A stretch of DNA of 32,000 nt from positions 1 through 32,000 of the forward strand of contig NC_018655.1 in the NCBI RefSeq assembly GCF_000299365.1, given 5' to 3'. The DNA is from Candidatus Nitrosopumilus koreensis AR1. Its GTDB lineage: Archaea > Thermoproteota > Nitrososphaeria > Nitrososphaerales > Nitrosopumilaceae. The position numbers and the translations under genes were made by a program. Positions 15,556-24,682 of this stretch are shown here, piece after piece (position 1 is the first letter of the stretch; the number at the start of each line of letters is the position of its first letter). Below the pieces are notes generated by a model. That model was given only the letters and a program-made list of their open reading frames with translations, searched no databases and was not told the DNA's origin.

Positions 15556-17013
15556 CTAGGGGAATGCTACTGATTCTAAAAGAATTGAATCAATCTCAGA
15601 AATTTTTATTCTAGTCTGCTCCATAGAGTCTCTTTTTCTTAGAGTAACTGTATCGTCTTCTAATGTCTGATGATCAACTGTAACTGCAAAGGGGACCCCA
15701 ATCTCATCTAATCTTCTATACCTCCTACCAATTGCACCTGAATGATCCAAAAATGCATCAAACTTTCTTTTAATGGAAAGATAAATCTCATCTGTTTTTT
15801 CCTTCAAACCGTCTTTTTTGACTAGTGACAAGATTCCTACATGTGTTGGTGAAAGATATGGTTTTAGTGATAATACTGTTCTTTCATGTTCTTTGTCATC
15901 TTTTAGTGAATGCTCTAAAATTGTGTAAAGACTTCTGTCAATTCCCATCGAGATCTCAAATACGTGTGGTAGAACCTTGTTATCATTATCCATGATCTCA
16001 AATTTTTCTTTACTCTTGGTTGCATGACTAGACAAATCATAATCTGATCTATAATTGCATGCAACTAGTTCCAACCATCCAATTGTAGTTTCAACTTCAA
16101 AATCAAATGCAACTTCAGCATAGAATGCTTTTTCCTTGTCTCCTAATTTTCTAAATCTACTCTTTGAGATATCTATTCCAGTTTTTTCATAAAATTCAGT
16201 CAAAATACCCAAATAATATGCCACAAACTTGTTTGGAACAGTTCCGGATTCTACTGCTTCTTTACAGCTCATTGAAACTGGCTCAGAATCTGTCTGAACT
16301 CTGATTATTGTATCTTGAATCTCTGCAAACTTTTCAACTTCGTCAAGCTTGGCAGGATTGCAAAATACTTCAATTTCTGCCTGATAAAACTCTCTTAAGC
16401 GCAGTAGACTTTGTCTTGGTGCTATCTCATTTCTAAAACTCTTTCCTACTTGTGCTATTCCCAAAGGTAGCTTGCCTCTCATGGTTTTGTATAATCTAGG
16501 AAAATCTACAAAGATTGATTGGCATGTTTCTGGTCTAAGATATGCCTCTTCTTCTTCAGGACCAATTCCTACTCTGAACATCATGTTGAAATTCTTTGTT
16601 TTATCAAAATCGCCTTTACATTTTGGACACTTTATGTTGTTTTGATTAATTACATTGTCAAATTCTTCCAAATCAGCACTTTCAGGAATCTCAATATTTG
16701 TCAACTCTGCAATAGTTCTATCAGCTCTAAATGTTGAATTACATTTTGTACATTTTATTATTGGATCAGCAAAATTTCCCAAATGACCTGAAGCCTCAAA
16801 AACTGATTTTGACATTATCTGAGAACCGTCAATCTCAAGCATTCCGTCTCTTCTGACAAGCTCCCTTCTCCACAACTCTAGAAACTTATTTTTCAAACCG
16901 ACGCCTGTTGGACCGTATTCCCAAAAACCAGCTTGTGCATCAGAATATATCTCACAACTGGGAAAATAAAATCCGCGTTCAAGCGCTAATTTCATTACTG
17001 CTTCATAGTCCAT
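15556..17013 (-). CDS. glyS: Glycine--tRNA ligase (class II, archaeal/eukaryotic alpha2 type)
   Basis: LERGFYFPSCEIYSDAQAGFWEYGPTGVGLKNKFLELWRRE, RPETCQSIFVDF and FRNEIAPRQSLLRLREFYQAEIEVF are class II motifs. There is a Cys4 zinc-ribbon insertion (CTKC...CPKC). The C-terminal anticodon-binding domain includes IGRRYRRLDEIGVPFAVTVD. Confidence 0.92.
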   Translation of the reverse strand: MDYEAVMKLALERGFYFPSCEIYSDAQAGFWEYGPTGVGLKNKFLELWRRELVRRDGMLEIDGSQIMSKSVFEASGHLGNFADPIIKCTKCNSTFRADRTIAELTNIEIPESADLEEFDNVINQNNIKCPKCKGDFDKTKNFNMMFRVGIGPEEEEAYLRPETCQSIFVDFPRLYKTMRGKLPLGIAQVGKSFRNEIAPRQSLLRLREFYQAEIEVFCNPAKLDEVEKFAEIQDTIIRVQTDSEPVSMSCKEAVESGTVPNKFVAYYLGILTEFYEKTGIDISKSRFRKLGDKEKAFYAEVAFDFEVETTIGWLELVACNYRSDYDLSSHATKSKEKFEIMDNDNKVLPHVFEISMGIDRSLYTILEHSLKDDKEHERTVLSLKPYLSPTHVGILSLVKKDGLKEKTDEIYLSIKRKFDAFLDHSGAIGRRYRRLDEIGVPFAVTVDHQTLEDDTVTLRKRDSMEQTRIKISEIDSILLESVAFP

Positions 17014-17043
17014 GTCTACTCACTAAAACCATTGAATAAATTT

Positions 17044-17883
17044 CTACGCAAATTCTTTTGCCTTTCTAATGTTCTCAAAGTCATCTCTATCATCATCAAT
17101 TGGAGTTTCTAAAACTATGGGTATTTTTTTCTTGTTTGCAAACTTTACAATGGCAGAAATTCCTTTCTCTCCAATTCCACCCAATCCTAAATGATAGTGT
17201 CTATCTAGGTTGCAACCAATCTCACCTTTTGCATCATTTAGATGAAGAATTTTCAAATTATCCATTCCTATGTATTTATCAAATTCTGCAAAAGTCTTTT
17301 TCACTGCATCTTCAGTTCTCAAATCATATCCTGAAACGAACGCGTGACATGAATCTAAACATACGCCAAATTTTTTTGAAGGCTTTAGTTGTTTGAATAT
17401 TTCTCCTAATTGTTTAAAGTTTGAACCAACAGAATTTTTTTGTCCTGCGGTGTTCTCTAGTAGAATCATTACATCATTTTTTGTTTGCCCAGCTTTGGTT
17501 AATCCTTTAACCAGTCTCTTTATTCCTGCTTCTTCTCCTGTGCCCAAATGACTTCCAAGATGAGTTACAAGATATGGAATTCCTAATTGTGCACATCGTT
17601 CAACTTCATCTATCAGAGTTTTTACTGATTTTTCAAAGCCATCATCTTTTGGAGTTGCTAAATTTGGAAGATATGGCATATGGGCACAAGTTGCAAATCT
17701 GTCAATCTTACTTTCTTTTAGTTTTGATTTGAATTTGGTAATGTCTTTTTTAGTGAGCGCTTTTGCATGCCATCCTCTTGGATTTCTAGTAAATATTTGA
17801 AATGCAGAACATTCTCTTTCAATTGCGTTGTCAACTGCTTTGTCAATGGAACCTGAAATTGATACATGACAACCAATCTGCAT
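17044..17883 (-). CDS. nfo: Endonuclease IV (AP endonuclease family 2, TIM-barrel)
   Basis: MQIGCHVSISGS, FQIFTRNPRGW, VTHLGSH, ILLENTAGQ, CLDSCHAF, LHLNDA and RHYHLGLGGIG are the Nfo metal-ligand blocks. I prefer ATG 17883 (MQIGCHV, the typical Nfo N-terminus). It lies about 25 to 30 nt from a TATA-like ATTTAAA at about 17908..17914. The track's TTG at 17901 is less likely. Confidence 0.87.
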   Translation of the reverse strand: MQIGCHVSISGSIDKAVDNAIERECSAFQIFTRNPRGWHAKALTKKDITKFKSKLKESKIDRFATCAHMPYLPNLATPKDDGFEKSVKTLIDEVERCAQLGIPYLVTHLGSHLGTGEEAGIKRLVKGLTKAGQTKNDVMILLENTAGQKNSVGSNFKQLGEIFKQLKPSKKFGVCLDSCHAFVSGYDLRTEDAVKKTFAEFDKYIGMDNLKILHLNDAKGEIGCNLDRHYHLGLGGIGEKGISAIVKFANKKKIPIVLETPIDDDRDDFENIRKAKEFA

Positions 17884-17967
17884 TATTCTAATTTTACTCA
17901 AACATAATTTAAATCAGCATCAAAACGATGAAACCAGATTTTTAAGTAAACTAGGTAAATTACTAGT

Positions 17968-18993
17968 ATGCTTGCACTAGGCCAAGACGAAATTGCAAAG
18001 TATCCGTTTTTAGCTGATGCTGGTCAATATCTCAAAGACAAAGGATTTACTCTGGAACAGTTTGGAACTGATCCTGATCTAAAAGATCTGGTGATCAAAG
18101 CATATGAAAGAATTCAGGTAGCTGCAGACGGAAAGATCTACAAATCTGACCTACTTGGAGATCAAGTGTCTAAAGAGGCTGCACTGCCAAGGGAGGTTTT
18201 CTCGTTTTTACTGGCTATAGTCTTGCTCAAACTCAGTGGCATGCACACTCTAATCAAAAGATTTGCACTTGCAGAAGCTAGACGGGCAGAAAAATATCTA
18301 GAAAAAGACCTGGCAAATATTTCAGATGAATCAAAAAAACAATTGGCAATTAAAATAATTGATGATTTATTTTCAGTTCAGATAGAAAAATTTAATGATT
18401 ATTTTGTAATTCCTGTATCTGATTATCTAAAACACTCAATTAACTTTCATGAAAGGGAATGGAAGCTAACTAACAGACATGTGGAAAATGGGCAAGTGTT
18501 TCTTACCCCTCATGAAACAGTAAGATTAATCAGAAAAGAATTAGGCACATACATTAATTCAAAAATTGTAAACGCAAAAACTCCTACAATGATTCCTGGT
18601 TTTGAGGACTCTGTAAACAAACTTGTAATGCTTTCAAAAAAATTCTCAACTTTTACAGTAACTACTGGGGAATATCCCCCATGTATCAAACATGCCATTG
18701 ATATACTTGAAAAGGGAGAAAACCTTCCGCACTCTGGCAGATTTATGTTAGCTACTTTTCTTTTATCCAAAGGTCAGTCGGTTCAACAAATCGCACCACT
18801 ATTCAAAAACGCACCTGACTATAACGAACGCGTAACGCTTTACCAGTTAAATCATTTAGCTGGAACATCTGGAAGCGGCACTCAGTATTCTTGCCCTTCC
18901 TGTGAAAAACTAAAAACACAAAGTCTATGTTTTGCAACATCAGAGTGTGATGGAATAATTAGTCCTTTACAATTTGGAAAGAAGAGAAAATAA
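17968..18993 (+). CDS. priL: DNA primase large (regulatory) subunit PriL
   Basis: 341 aa. The C-terminal Fe-S domain cysteines are PPCIKHAI and YSCPSCEKLKTQSLCFATSEC. It sits immediately upstream of, and overlaps by 1 nt, the catalytic primase subunit gene. Confidence 0.82.
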   Translation: MLALGQDEIAKYPFLADAGQYLKDKGFTLEQFGTDPDLKDLVIKAYERIQVAADGKIYKSDLLGDQVSKEAALPREVFSFLLAIVLLKLSGMHTLIKRFALAEARRAEKYLEKDLANISDESKKQLAIKIIDDLFSVQIEKFNDYFVIPVSDYLKHSINFHEREWKLTNRHVENGQVFLTPHETVRLIRKELGTYINSKIVNAKTPTMIPGFEDSVNKLVMLSKKFSTFTVTTGEYPPCIKHAIDILEKGENLPHSGRFMLATFLLSKGQSVQQIAPLFKNAPDYNERVTLYQLNHLAGTSGSGTQYSCPSCEKLKTQSLCFATSECDGIISPLQFGKKRK

Positions 18994-20114
18994 TGAAAGA
19001 GACTGAGATAAAATTTTTAGAAAACTCGTTCAAAAAATATTATTTTGAGCATTTTGATCTTATTCGTGTACCTGAACGTACATCTGAAAGAGAGTTTGGT
19101 TATCAAAAATTCAACTCTGGAATGACTCGTCATATTTCAGTCAAAGATGATAAAGAATTGCATTTACTATTAATGCAAAATGTTCCATCTGATGTATACT
19201 GCTCAAATGCATATTATTCATTTCCAAACTTACCTATGAATGAAAAAGACTGGAAAGAGGCCGATCTCATTTTTGATATTGATGCAAAAGATCTTAATTT
19301 ATCATGTAGAAAGGATCATACAGTATCTATCTGTAATGAATGTGATAACATTTCAGATAATTCTGAAAAATGTGTAAAATGTAATTCAACAAAATTAGAA
19401 AAAAAATCTCTACCTTGCAAAAACTGTATAGAATCATCAAAAACTGAAGTTTTAAAATTATCTGAAATTTTAACAAATGATTTTTCAATAAACAATGATG
19501 ATATTCAAGTATATTTCTCAGGCAATGAAGGATTTCATATCTATGTATATAATTCCCAATTTCAACAAAATGGTTCTAGAGAAAGATCCGAGCTTGTCGA
19601 TTACATAATGTTTAATGGCGCAATTCCTGAAAAGTTTGGAATGAAAAAATTCAAACCCGATAGAAAATCCTTTCCAGATTTTGATGAGTTTGGATGGCGG
19701 GGTAGATTTTCAAAATATGTATTTGGTTCAAAATCAAAAAGATCAAAGATTATTTCAGAATTACTTTCAAATGGATATTCATCTTTTCAAAAAGTTTTAG
19801 ATGATGTTTCTGAAAATATTGGTGCAAAAATTGATCCTAATGTAACAATGGATATACACAGAATTTTTCGTTTACCTGGTTCAATTAATAGCAAGAGTGG
19901 TCTTACAAAAATTCATTGTAAGAACTTGGAAAAATTTGATGCTTATGCGGATTCATCTTTTCTTAGTGAAGACACTGTAGAGGTATTGGCAAATTGTCCA
20001 ATTGAGTTTAAACTAAAAAACAAAAAATTTGGACCCTACTCTAATGAAAAAATAAGTGTGCCTACATTTGCTGCAGCTTACATGATCTGCAAAAAACTAG
20101 CAACAATTGCTTGA
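18993..20114 (+). CDS. priS: DNA primase small (catalytic) subunit PriS (AEP superfamily)
   Basis: The catalytic block DLIFDIDAKD is the AEP DxD motif. The zinc knuckle is CNECDN...CVKCNS. Other blocks are FSGNEGFHIYV and HRIFRLPGSINSKSG. The ATG overlaps the priL TAA (TAATG). Confidence 0.87.
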   Translation: MKETEIKFLENSFKKYYFEHFDLIRVPERTSEREFGYQKFNSGMTRHISVKDDKELHLLLMQNVPSDVYCSNAYYSFPNLPMNEKDWKEADLIFDIDAKDLNLSCRKDHTVSICNECDNISDNSEKCVKCNSTKLEKKSLPCKNCIESSKTEVLKLSEILTNDFSINNDDIQVYFSGNEGFHIYVYNSQFQQNGSRERSELVDYIMFNGAIPEKFGMKKFKPDRKSFPDFDEFGWRGRFSKYVFGSKSKRSKIISELLSNGYSSFQKVLDDVSENIGAKIDPNVTMDIHRIFRLPGSINSKSGLTKIHCKNLEKFDAYADSSFLSEDTVEVLANCPIEFKLKNKKFGPYSNEKISVPTFAAAYMICKKLATIA

Positions 20115-20155
20115 TTTTGCCGGTAAGACATTAATTTGCCGAAACTCAACTCAAC

Positions 20156-23017
20156 TTGATTTTGTATAGCGCCTCTACAGATAAGCAGACTCCTCCACCT
20201 GATGCTGGAAAGTACATACGATTAGGAATTGTTGCAGTAATTGGTATTGTTATCTTTGCAATTGTAGGTAATCAAGCAGTAATTTTATCAATGAATTTTA
20301 CCGAATTTGGCGATCAGTTTACCAAACCTCTCTATTACACGCTTGTGTCTACCATAATTCTATCTGCAATCGCACTAGTTCGTGTGAATATTTTGGGAAG
20401 ATCTTCTATTTTCTGGTATGCAATTAGTACTGCAATCGGATTTTTGGGAAAAAGCGGCCAACAGCCCATATCCAACGTGGTCCCAAGTTTTAGGGATTAC
20501 AAACTTAGTTCAGCACAATTTGTAATCTGGCAAATCACCAAAATTTTCCTTTTTGGCGCATTCTTTGCAAATGTCATGTTTGGATTTGCTGCAATGTCTT
20601 TTATTGATGGAAATTATCTTGGAGTGGAAAATCTACCAAAATTATTCTCATTACCATTTGTAACACCTGAAACTGATCCAAATTATGCTGCAGAAAATGT
20701 AGTTCCCATGATTCCTGCATTAGTAATTTTGATTCCTCCAATACTTGCAGCTATTGGATTACGTTTAGTTCTGTATGTTGGTATACACAGAATAATCAAT
20801 GTGATAACTTCATTTCTTCAAGATTCAAATGAAGGTAAACCACGATACCTCAACTATGTTTCAACTATTGAAGGAATAATTGGTATTGGAATAATCTGGG
20901 CAGGGTTTAATCTATTTTTCACTGACCAAATTGACTATAATACAAGATACGTTATTGGTGGAACACTGATAATTGGATTTGCATTAATTGCATTTTCAGT
21001 TATTGATAGGATTAGAGCACGTGTTCTAACTCATATGTTTAAGAGAGATGTATACATTCGAATTCTTACGATAATTGCAATTGCTATAATTGTTGCAGGT
21101 TTTGTTTCTGTAAACAATAGTATTGCAGATGCAAAAAAGATTGAATATTTAGGACCATACACTGCTCAGCAAATTGGAGTTAATAGATATCTTGGAGAAC
21201 TAAACAACATTCAAGAAAACACTCATGATGTTCAATTAACAGCTGTTTCTCCAAATAATATCAAAAACTATGTATCTCAAAATAGTGATGTTCTTGATGT
21301 CATTCGAGTTTGGGACTGGGAAGCAGCTTTTGCTAAATTAAAGCCTGAAATCGGCCTTATTCCTTATGTAGACTTTGAAGATAATGATATTCTTAGGTTT
21401 AACAATACTTTGTATTGGACTGCATCTATGAAACCAATCCTTCCAACATCTGTTAGTCTTGAAAATAGATGGTATAACGAACATCTCGTGTATACTCATG
21501 TTCCAGAAGGATTCCTTACTTTAGAGGCAACAGATGGACAAATTGTTGAAAGTGACCAGTTCTTCAAACAAAGAGAAATTTACTATGGTGAAGGTGGCCT
21601 GTTTGAGCAAACATGGTCAGGATATCCAAATTCCAGAGGTTCTACTAGTGCAGAACTTGGTGGCGCATCATATTCTGGACTAGGAGGATTAGATGTATCC
21701 CCTCCATTAAGTTGGATGTTTGAGCCAAACTTTTTGCTCTCATTTCCAGCAGAATCTGTTCATATTATGAGATACAAAGATGTTAATGATAGAATGGAAA
21801 CATTGTATCCTTATTTCCTCTATAACCTATTTGGTAAAGAATTAGATTCACTTCCTGTAACTGATGGAGAAAACTCCTATTGGCTAATTCCATTGATAAT
21901 CGGATTTGATACAAGAGATGTTCCATGGTCAGTAGGCAATCCGTATTTACGTCTAGTCGGATATGCTTTAGTTGATTCATACAATGGTGATATTCAATTA
22001 CTAAAAACTGGAGATGATTTCTTTACAGAAATGTTTGCTAGTCAATATGCTGAACAATTTCAACCAATGCCCGCTTGGTTAGAAGAACAAATCAGATATC
22101 CTGTTGAATTGTTTAACTGGAAAACAGAAATGTATAATGTTTACCATGTGACAAATGTAGAAACATTCATTCAAGCAAATGAGTTTTACGAGATCCCTCG
22201 TGGTCTTGATACCTATTATGTAGAAGCAAAACCACCCGGATTTGATCAAACTGAATTTATAGGATTACTATCACTAGAATTGAGAGGTTCTCAAGGAAGA
22301 AATCTTGCAGGATACATGGTAGTTGAAAATGATCTCACTAACTTAGGAAACTTGCAGTTCTATGAAGTTCCATTAAATTCGACTACCAAATTAATTGGCC
22401 CAACCGCAGTTAGGGAAGCTCTTGACAGAGATCCTGAATTTGCTCAATTAAAGACATTATTGAGAAATCCAAGAATAGGTGATAACATTTTGTATCGTGT
22501 AGGCGTTCATGATGTTTACTTTATTCCAGTTTACACTGCTGGTGCTGGTGGTGTAGTGGCACAATTAGGCACAATTGCAGCGGTTGGTGCTGCATTTAAT
22601 GGTGAATATTTTGTTGGACTAGGTGATACTCAAGAAAAGGCCTTTGAAGCTTACTTGAAAAAAGTTTCAGGTGTAGCAGGAGCTGTAACCGTAGCTGATG
22701 ATGATTATATTGAATTAGATAGAGACGACAGAATTGAAATAATCAAATCTGTATTTGAAGAAAATGAAATTACTGTTTCAGAACCTACATCAATACAAAT
22801 TCCACTATCGTTTAATGAAGGAGAATTATTCTTCTTTACTGAAAATGATAAGGAAGATACTGTAGAGTTCTTATCTCAATTCATTGATGACTTTGTAAAA
22901 CCAAGAAGTGATAGAGTATTCATGTGGCAAGAAGAAAATAATCTCAACATTGGAACAATATTTGTCAAAGATGGAATATCTGAAATCCATTATGTCTCAA
23001 TTGAGGTAGGCAACTAA
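20156..23017 (+). CDS. Large polytopic membrane protein, probably UPF0182 family (uncharacterised): 7 to 8 N-terminal TM helices plus a ~630-aa soluble domain
   Basis: TTG start. Hydrophobic helices occupy aa 20..320. The long C-terminal domain includes WYNEHLVYTHVPEGF, YYGEGG and DVYFIPVYTAGAGGVVAQLGTIAAV, which resemble my memory of UPF0182/COG1615 proteins. The family call is unverified. Confidence 0.5.
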   Translation: MILYSASTDKQTPPPDAGKYIRLGIVAVIGIVIFAIVGNQAVILSMNFTEFGDQFTKPLYYTLVSTIILSAIALVRVNILGRSSIFWYAISTAIGFLGKSGQQPISNVVPSFRDYKLSSAQFVIWQITKIFLFGAFFANVMFGFAAMSFIDGNYLGVENLPKLFSLPFVTPETDPNYAAENVVPMIPALVILIPPILAAIGLRLVLYVGIHRIINVITSFLQDSNEGKPRYLNYVSTIEGIIGIGIIWAGFNLFFTDQIDYNTRYVIGGTLIIGFALIAFSVIDRIRARVLTHMFKRDVYIRILTIIAIAIIVAGFVSVNNSIADAKKIEYLGPYTAQQIGVNRYLGELNNIQENTHDVQLTAVSPNNIKNYVSQNSDVLDVIRVWDWEAAFAKLKPEIGLIPYVDFEDNDILRFNNTLYWTASMKPILPTSVSLENRWYNEHLVYTHVPEGFLTLEATDGQIVESDQFFKQREIYYGEGGLFEQTWSGYPNSRGSTSAELGGASYSGLGGLDVSPPLSWMFEPNFLLSFPAESVHIMRYKDVNDRMETLYPYFLYNLFGKELDSLPVTDGENSYWLIPLIIGFDTRDVPWSVGNPYLRLVGYALVDSYNGDIQLLKTGDDFFTEMFASQYAEQFQPMPAWLEEQIRYPVELFNWKTEMYNVYHVTNVETFIQANEFYEIPRGLDTYYVEAKPPGFDQTEFIGLLSLELRGSQGRNLAGYMVVENDLTNLGNLQFYEVPLNSTTKLIGPTAVREALDRDPEFAQLKTLLRNPRIGDNILYRVGVHDVYFIPVYTAGAGGVVAQLGTIAAVGAAFNGEYFVGLGDTQEKAFEAYLKKVSGVAGAVTVADDDYIELDRDDRIEIIKSVFEENEITVSEPTSIQIPLSFNEGELFFFTENDKEDTVEFLSQFIDDFVKPRSDRVFMWQEENNLNIGTIFVKDGISEIHYVSIEVGN

Positions 23018-23560
23018 TTGCTTCTAGTTGTTGATAATGGTTCTGTTTACACAAAAAATCTAATTGATTTTCTTACAAAAAAAAATATCTCATTTGCCAA
23101 ACAAACCCCAAATATTTTAGATCTAAATTCATTACAAAATTTTGACTCTTTTATCTTGTCTGGGAGAAGAAAAAATGAAAAAAAAATTAATGAGGTCAAC
23201 TCAAAAATTATACTACATTCAATTGAAAATAATTCAAAATTACTAGGAATCTGTTATGGTGCAGAAATTTTAGCACTTACCTTGGGTGGAACAATAAAAA
23301 AAAGTCCTTCACTTAAGAAAGGAAATGAAATTATTCATATTCTAAAAAATACATTGATTGCCAATGATTCTATATCCGTATTTGAAAGTCATGGTTTTGA
23401 AATATCTAAACTTCCTGAAAAATTAATTCAACTTGGAGAATCAAACAACTGTAAATATGAAATCATACAATATGAAAACAAACCAATTTTTGGAACACAA
23501 TTTCATCCAGAAATGACTCCTGATGGAAATGATTTGATTGAAAAATTTTGTTTACTATGA
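23018..23560 (+). CDS. Class I glutamine amidotransferase, stand-alone, GMP synthase subunit-A-like but divergent
   Basis: The TTG start sits immediately after the upstream TAA (23015..23017). Matching blocks are LLVVDNGSVYTKNL, the nucleophile elbow LLGICYGAEILA, and the His/Glu block IFGTQFHPE. The usual SGGP reads SGRR. Confidence 0.72.
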   Translation: MLLVVDNGSVYTKNLIDFLTKKNISFAKQTPNILDLNSLQNFDSFILSGRRKNEKKINEVNSKIILHSIENNSKLLGICYGAEILALTLGGTIKKSPSLKKGNEIIHILKNTLIANDSISVFESHGFEISKLPEKLIQLGESNNCKYEIIQYENKPIFGTQFHPEMTPDGNDLIEKFCLL

Positions 23561-23593
23561 AGGATTTTAATTACTCAAAAAGCACACTAATTC

Positions 23594-24556
23594 ATGGATC
23601 AAGAAGATCATGAGCTGCTCTTACCTTTAGTTGAAGAAGAAAACATTTGTCTTCCATTGCCTGTTAATGTTGTCTCTAAATATTGGAATGTTGATTTACC
23701 TATGGCCGAAGCCGCTGAAACTGCAAAAAAATATTCAGGATTCAATGGTAGTGTGATAATTGAAGGAATAGAATCAGCTGAAAGACATGGATTAGTATGC
23801 AAAATAGTACATTCTTCTTTAAACGAATTAAAAAAAATAATTGACTCTGGAATCCCTCCAATAGTAATTCTTCCTGGAATTCCAGAAGTTACACAACATG
23901 CTTCAATTATTACTGGATATGATGATAAAGAAAAAACAATTCTACATTATATTCAGAAAGGAAATCAAAAAGGAGAGATGCAGGAAGGTGCGATTCCTGA
24001 AGATATTTTTGAAAAAGAATGGTCTGAAGAAGGAAAAATATTGATATTGTTAGCTCCCTCCGATATTATGTCTTCTATCAAACTTGAAAATGACTCTTTT
24101 GAAAAATCAAATAGATTATGTTTTGAATCAGAGAGACAAAATATTTTAAAAAATTTTTCTGAATCAATTGAATTACTAAAACAAGCAATTGAGATTAATC
24201 CTAATAATTCAACTGCTCTTCATCTTTTAGGAACTATGATGAATGAACAAAAATCACCTGAATGTGTAAAGTGTTATGAAAAATGTTTAGAAATCAATAA
24301 TAGATCATATCTTACCTATAACGGTCTTGGTAACTTTTATCTAAAAACAAACCAATTTGAAAAGGCTGAAGATAATTACACAAAAGCAATTGAAATTAAT
24401 CCAAAACGTTCTGCTAAAATTTACAAAAATAGAGCCTATCTTAGGGAGAAACAAAATAAGAATGATGATGCAAAGGAAGATCTCAAAAACTATTTGAAAT
24501 ATTTTCCAAAAGCACCTGATAGGGGAATTATAGAACAAGCAATTAGAGAAATTTGA
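23594..24556 (+). CDS. Two-domain protein: N-terminal papain-fold/peptidase-C39-like domain plus C-terminal TPR repeats
   Basis: The N-terminal half has SLNELKKIIDSGIPPIVILP and QHASIITGYDDKEKTILHYI (C39_2-like G.P.iv... Hy.vv.GYD pattern). The C-terminal half has 3 to 4 TPR-like units (AIEINPNNSTALHLLG, CYEKCLEINNRSYLTYNGLGNFYL, AEDNYTKAIEINPK). Confidence 0.6.
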   Translation: MDQEDHELLLPLVEEENICLPLPVNVVSKYWNVDLPMAEAAETAKKYSGFNGSVIIEGIESAERHGLVCKIVHSSLNELKKIIDSGIPPIVILPGIPEVTQHASIITGYDDKEKTILHYIQKGNQKGEMQEGAIPEDIFEKEWSEEGKILILLAPSDIMSSIKLENDSFEKSNRLCFESERQNILKNFSESIELLKQAIEINPNNSTALHLLGTMMNEQKSPECVKCYEKCLEINNRSYLTYNGLGNFYLKTNQFEKAEDNYTKAIEINPKRSAKIYKNRAYLREKQNKNDDAKEDLKNYLKYFPKAPDRGIIEQAIREI

Positions 24557-24630
24557 TGCGGAGTGCGGGATTTGAACCCGCGGCCTTCAGCTTGGGAAGC
24601 TGACGTCATACCAGACTAAACTAACTCCGC
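24557..24630 (-). tRNA. tRNA-Gly (anticodon CCC), 74 nt including discriminator A, no encoded CCA, no intron
   Basis: The reverse complement is GCGGAGTTAGTTTAGTCTGGTATGACGTCAGCTTCCCAAGCTGAAGGCCGCGGGTTCAAATCCCGCACTCCGCA. It folds by hand into a cloverleaf. The acceptor stem has 7 bp (GCGGAGT/ACTCCGC). The anticodon stem is TCAGC/GCTGA with loop TTCCCAA. The T arm is GCGGG-TTCAAAT-CCCGC, and the D loop contains GG. Confidence 0.93.
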
Positions 24631-24653
24631 TTGAGCCATGTTTGTTAACTATG

Positions 24654-24662
24654 ATTAAATAT
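24654..24662. promoter_or_regulatory. TATA-like element (ATTAAATAT) centred between the tRNA-Gly 5' end (24630, minus) and the micro-ORF ATG (24683, plus)
   Basis: Its centre at about 24658 is 28 nt from the tRNA 5' end and 25 nt from the ATG. It is the only AT-only stretch in the 52-bp spacer. Confidence 0.3.
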
Positions 24663-24682
24663 CTTAATCTGTAAATTACAAT

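Noticed and set aside
17884-17901. TTG-initiated extension of nfo (MSKIRI)
   Set aside because: Endonuclease IV proteins typically begin M.IG.H. ATG 17883 gives MQIGCHV and has a TATA-like ATTTAAA about 25 to 30 nt upstream, whereas TTG 17901 would be only about 7 to 13 nt from it.
24557-24630. tRNA-Gly as an integration site marking a genomic island or provirus boundary
   Set aside because: No integrase or recombinase gene lies nearby. I noticed no duplicated tRNA 3' fragment (att-like direct repeat) elsewhere in the window. The flanking genes are core translation genes.
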